A DNA stretch of 64,000 bases. Origin: Thermoanaerobaculia bacterium (GTDB taxonomy: Bacteria > Acidobacteriota > Thermoanaerobaculia > Multivoradales > JAIOJS01). The notes under the pieces were generated by a model that was not told the origin of the DNA, did not search any database, and saw nothing but the letters and a program-made list of their open reading frames with translations. The position numbers were made by a program, and so were the translations under genes. Each line of letters starts with the position of its first letter. The first letter of the stretch is position 1. Positions 61,548 to 64,000 of this stretch are shown here, one piece after another. The DNA is taken from positions 1,781,424 through 1,845,423 of the forward strand of contig CAWDWV010000002.1 in NCBI GenBank assembly GCA_963806095.1, in the 5' to 3' direction.

Positions 61548-63113
61548 ATGCCCAACGCTTACCGCCGACGTCTCGCCGGCCACACGCTCGGCCTCGCCGC
61601 GTTGGTGCTGCTGTCGGCCTGCGGCGCTGGCCGTCGGGACGATAGCGGGCACCGCGGCCCCATCGTCCTCATCACCGTCGACACGCTGCGTGCCGACGCC
61701 CTCGGCGCCTTCGGGGGCCCCCCGCGGCTGACGCCCGCCCTCGACGCCCTGGCGCGCGAGGCCACCTGGGCGGGCCCGGCCGTGGCGCCCTCGAGCTGGA
61801 CGGTGCCGTCGATGGCATCCCTGTTCACCGGCCTGCAGCCGTGGCGCAACCAGAACTGGCACGGCGAGGCGGCGATGCTGCGCCCCGAGCTGGTGACGAT
61901 CCCCGAGGCGCTCAAGGCGCGCGGCTATGCGACGACCGGCTTCTTCACCAACGCCTGGCTGCGCCCGCCGTTCGGCTACGGCGCCGGCTTCGACACCTTC
62001 CGCTACCTCGGCGAGGGCAAGCGCGCCGAGACGATGCTGGCGCAGCTCGGCACCGCCGGCGAGGGCAAGGCCGACCCGGACAAGGTCCAGCCGCCGCCCT
62101 TCGTCTGGGCGCACGTGCTGCCGCCGCACGCGCCCTACGTGCGCCGCGAGGCGCTGCTCGACCGGCTGCCGCAACCGGCGCCGCCGCTGCCTCGCCGCGT
62201 CAGGGTGCTCGACCTCGAGCCCTGGTTCGACCCCGCGGTGCCGCTGCCGCCGGAGCAGGAGCGCACCTTTCGCGCCGCCTACCAGCTCAACGTCGCGTGG
62301 GCCGACCAGGTGGTCGGGCGCCTGCTCGCGGCGCTGCGGCGCAGCGGCAAGTGGGACGAGACGCTGCTGGTGGTCACCTCCGACCACGGCGAGGAGTTCA
62401 AGGAGTGCGCGCAGATCGAGCACGGCGGCAACCTCTGCCGGCCGCTGCTCGAGGTGCCGCTGCTGATCAAGCTGCCGAAGGGTTGGACAGGGCCGCCGCT
62501 TGCCCTGCGGCGAGGCGACCGACCGGGCACCGTGCGGGTGCGCGCGACGCTCGTCGAGGCCGCCGGCGGCAAGGCCGAGCCGGGCACCGCGCCGAGCCTC
62601 TTCCGCGACGATCCAGGTGGAGTGCTCTCCGAGCTCTACCTCGGCAACGGCGTCAACCGCGTCTCCTACGTCGAGGACGACCGCCAGCTGCTGTGGGAGA
62701 GCCACTTCGCGACGCCCGATCCCGACTACTACCGCGTCCACACGCTCGACCTCGGCGGCAAGCCGGCGACGCCGCCGCAAACGACTCCCGAGGCGCTGCA
62801 CGCGCGCTTGGAGGAGGCGTTCGGCGGCACGCTGCCGCTCTCGGGCCTCCCCGACCGGCCGCCGACGCTGTCGCTTTGGCAGTGGACGGCGCCGCCGCCG
62901 GGCTCGCCGCCGATGACGAGCGTCGCCGTGCGGGTGACCGATCCGGCGGCCACCGAGGCGATGGCGCGCCGCCTCAAGAACGCCTGGGTGGCGGCCAACG
63001 GCGAGGAGGCGCCGCCGGGGCGGCGCGAGGGCGGGCAGCCGCAGCTCACCCCCGAGGAGGAGGCGGAGATGAAGGCGCTGGGCTACGCGGCAGGGCGGCG
63101 GAAGAAGCCGTAG
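61548..63113 (+). CDS. Sulfatase-like lipoprotein
   Basis: Lipobox LSAC; VDTLRAD, WTVPSMASLFTG, PPHAPY, TSDHGE, MKALGY. Confidence 0.88.
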   Translation: MPNAYRRRLAGHTLGLAALVLLSACGAGRRDDSGHRGPIVLITVDTLRADALGAFGGPPRLTPALDALAREATWAGPAVAPSSWTVPSMASLFTGLQPWRNQNWHGEAAMLRPELVTIPEALKARGYATTGFFTNAWLRPPFGYGAGFDTFRYLGEGKRAETMLAQLGTAGEGKADPDKVQPPPFVWAHVLPPHAPYVRREALLDRLPQPAPPLPRRVRVLDLEPWFDPAVPLPPEQERTFRAAYQLNVAWADQVVGRLLAALRRSGKWDETLLVVTSDHGEEFKECAQIEHGGNLCRPLLEVPLLIKLPKGWTGPPLALRRGDRPGTVRVRATLVEAAGGKAEPGTAPSLFRDDPGGVLSELYLGNGVNRVSYVEDDRQLLWESHFATPDPDYYRVHTLDLGGKPATPPQTTPEALHARLEEAFGGTLPLSGLPDRPPTLSLWQWTAPPPGSPPMTSVAVRVTDPAATEAMARRLKNAWVAANGEEAPPGRREGGQPQLTPEEEAEMKALGYAAGRRKKP

Positions 63114-64000
63114 CGGCGTCGCCGGTTCCCGCTCGCGCCGGCTGCAGCACCAGCGCCGCCGAGGCGAGCAGGAAGCCGGCGTTGGCGATCAGCACCGCGA
63201 GCGCGAAGCTGCCCAGCGAGCCGCGGCTCGCCCACAGCAGCGCCGCCTCGAGCAGCAGCAGCACCGGCAGGGCAGCCCAGCCGCGCGGCACGCTCTCGGA
63301 GAGGCGGAAGAGCAGCAGCGTGTTGCTGAACGACATCAGCCCCATGGCGGCCGCCACCGGCAGCGCGATCGCCGCCGCGCCGGCGTACTCGGGACCGCCG
63401 GCGAGACGCACGAGCTGGGCGGGGAAGATCGCCACCAGCAGCAACGCGGGCACGACGCAGGCCGCGAGCATGCCCAGAGTGGCGGCGAGCACGCGGCGGC
63501 GCACGGCGCTGCCGGCCGCGGCGCCGCTCGCGAGCGGGAACATCACTCGCGTGATGGGCACGACCCCGAGCAGGATGCCCTTGGCGAGCAGCGCCGCCAC
63601 CGCGTACTGCCCCGCGACAGCGGCGGGGAACAGCGCGCGCGCCAGCAGCACGTCGATGCTGTAGAACGCCATCACCGTGGCGGTCACCGCCAGCACCGGC
63701 ACGCCGTAGGCGAAGGCGCCGCCGGTGACCGCGGGGGCAGGCGCCACCTCGCGCAGGCCGCGCAGCGGCACGAAGCCGCTGGCGAAGGCGACGACCAGCG
63801 AGAGCCCCACCGCGGCGGCCGCGCCGAGCTCGTTCCAGCCGATCCACACGGCGAAGGCGCCGAGGCCGACCTTGACCGCCACCTCGGCGAGCATGCTGGC
63901 GCCGAAGCCGCCGAAGAGGTTGAGGCCGAGCAGCGTGCCGCGCGTCACCGGGATCAGCGGCAGGGTGGCGAAGGCGAGCGCGAAGAGCGCCAGCAGCGCG
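63046..64000 (-). CDS. Oligosaccharide flippase (Wzx-like), 5' end outside the window
   Basis: Many TM helices; DVLLARALF...AGQYA...VMFP. Confidence 0.8.
   Translation of the reverse strand, partial: ALLALFALAFATLPLIPVTRGTLLGLNLFGGFGASMLAEVAVKVGLGAFAVWIGWNELGAAAAVGLSLVVAFASGFVPLRGLREVAPAPAVTGGAFAYGVPVLAVTATVMAFYSIDVLLARALFPAAVAGQYAVAALLAKGILLGVVPITRVMFPLASGAAAGSAVRRRVLAATLGMLAACVVPALLLVAIFPAQLVRLAGGPEYAGAAAIALPVAAAMGLMSFSNTLLLFRLSESVPRGWAALPVLLLLEAALLWASRGSLGSFALAVLIANAGFLLASAALVLQPARAGTGDAATASSAALPRSPAPSSPPPPRG

Noticed and set aside
1-64000. tRNA or rRNA genes, prophage, and most antisense ORFs in the track
   Set aside because: No recognisable RNA genes or phage hallmarks were seen; the overlapping ORFs reflect stop-codon scarcity at high GC.

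Overview
Very GC-rich bacterial chromosomal window. Gene content and style suggest Acidobacteriota, probably Thermoanaerobaculia (inference, not shown by the sequence). Many conserved genes are broken by single-base frameshifts, most simply explained as long-read indel errors. Contents: TetR/SRPBCC pair with operators; class V aminotransferase; small toxin-antitoxin islet (Doc plus antitoxin, Zn-ribbon protein, orphan DUF2442); rhomboid and Ser/Thr kinase; LpxQ-like barrel; BlaI/M56 pair; multi-EF-hand protein; MarR-arsM; peptide deformylase; acyl-CoA synthetase; full his operon with a His-rich leader attenuator and an apparent HisD-HisC fusion; coxM/coxS-amidase-fdrA-ylbE cluster; M12 protease; and a surface-glycan locus. 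The most striking region is 39.6-46.8 kb. There a RAYT-type HUH transposase lies among five copies of a short hairpin repeat (GACYGGTGC-NTN-GCAYC) that separate whole genes from gene fragments. One fragment is a diverged duplicate of the neighbouring protease 3' end, and four of the repeats are followed by a small tandem duplication. This looks like a REP-delimited gene-capture or cassette system.
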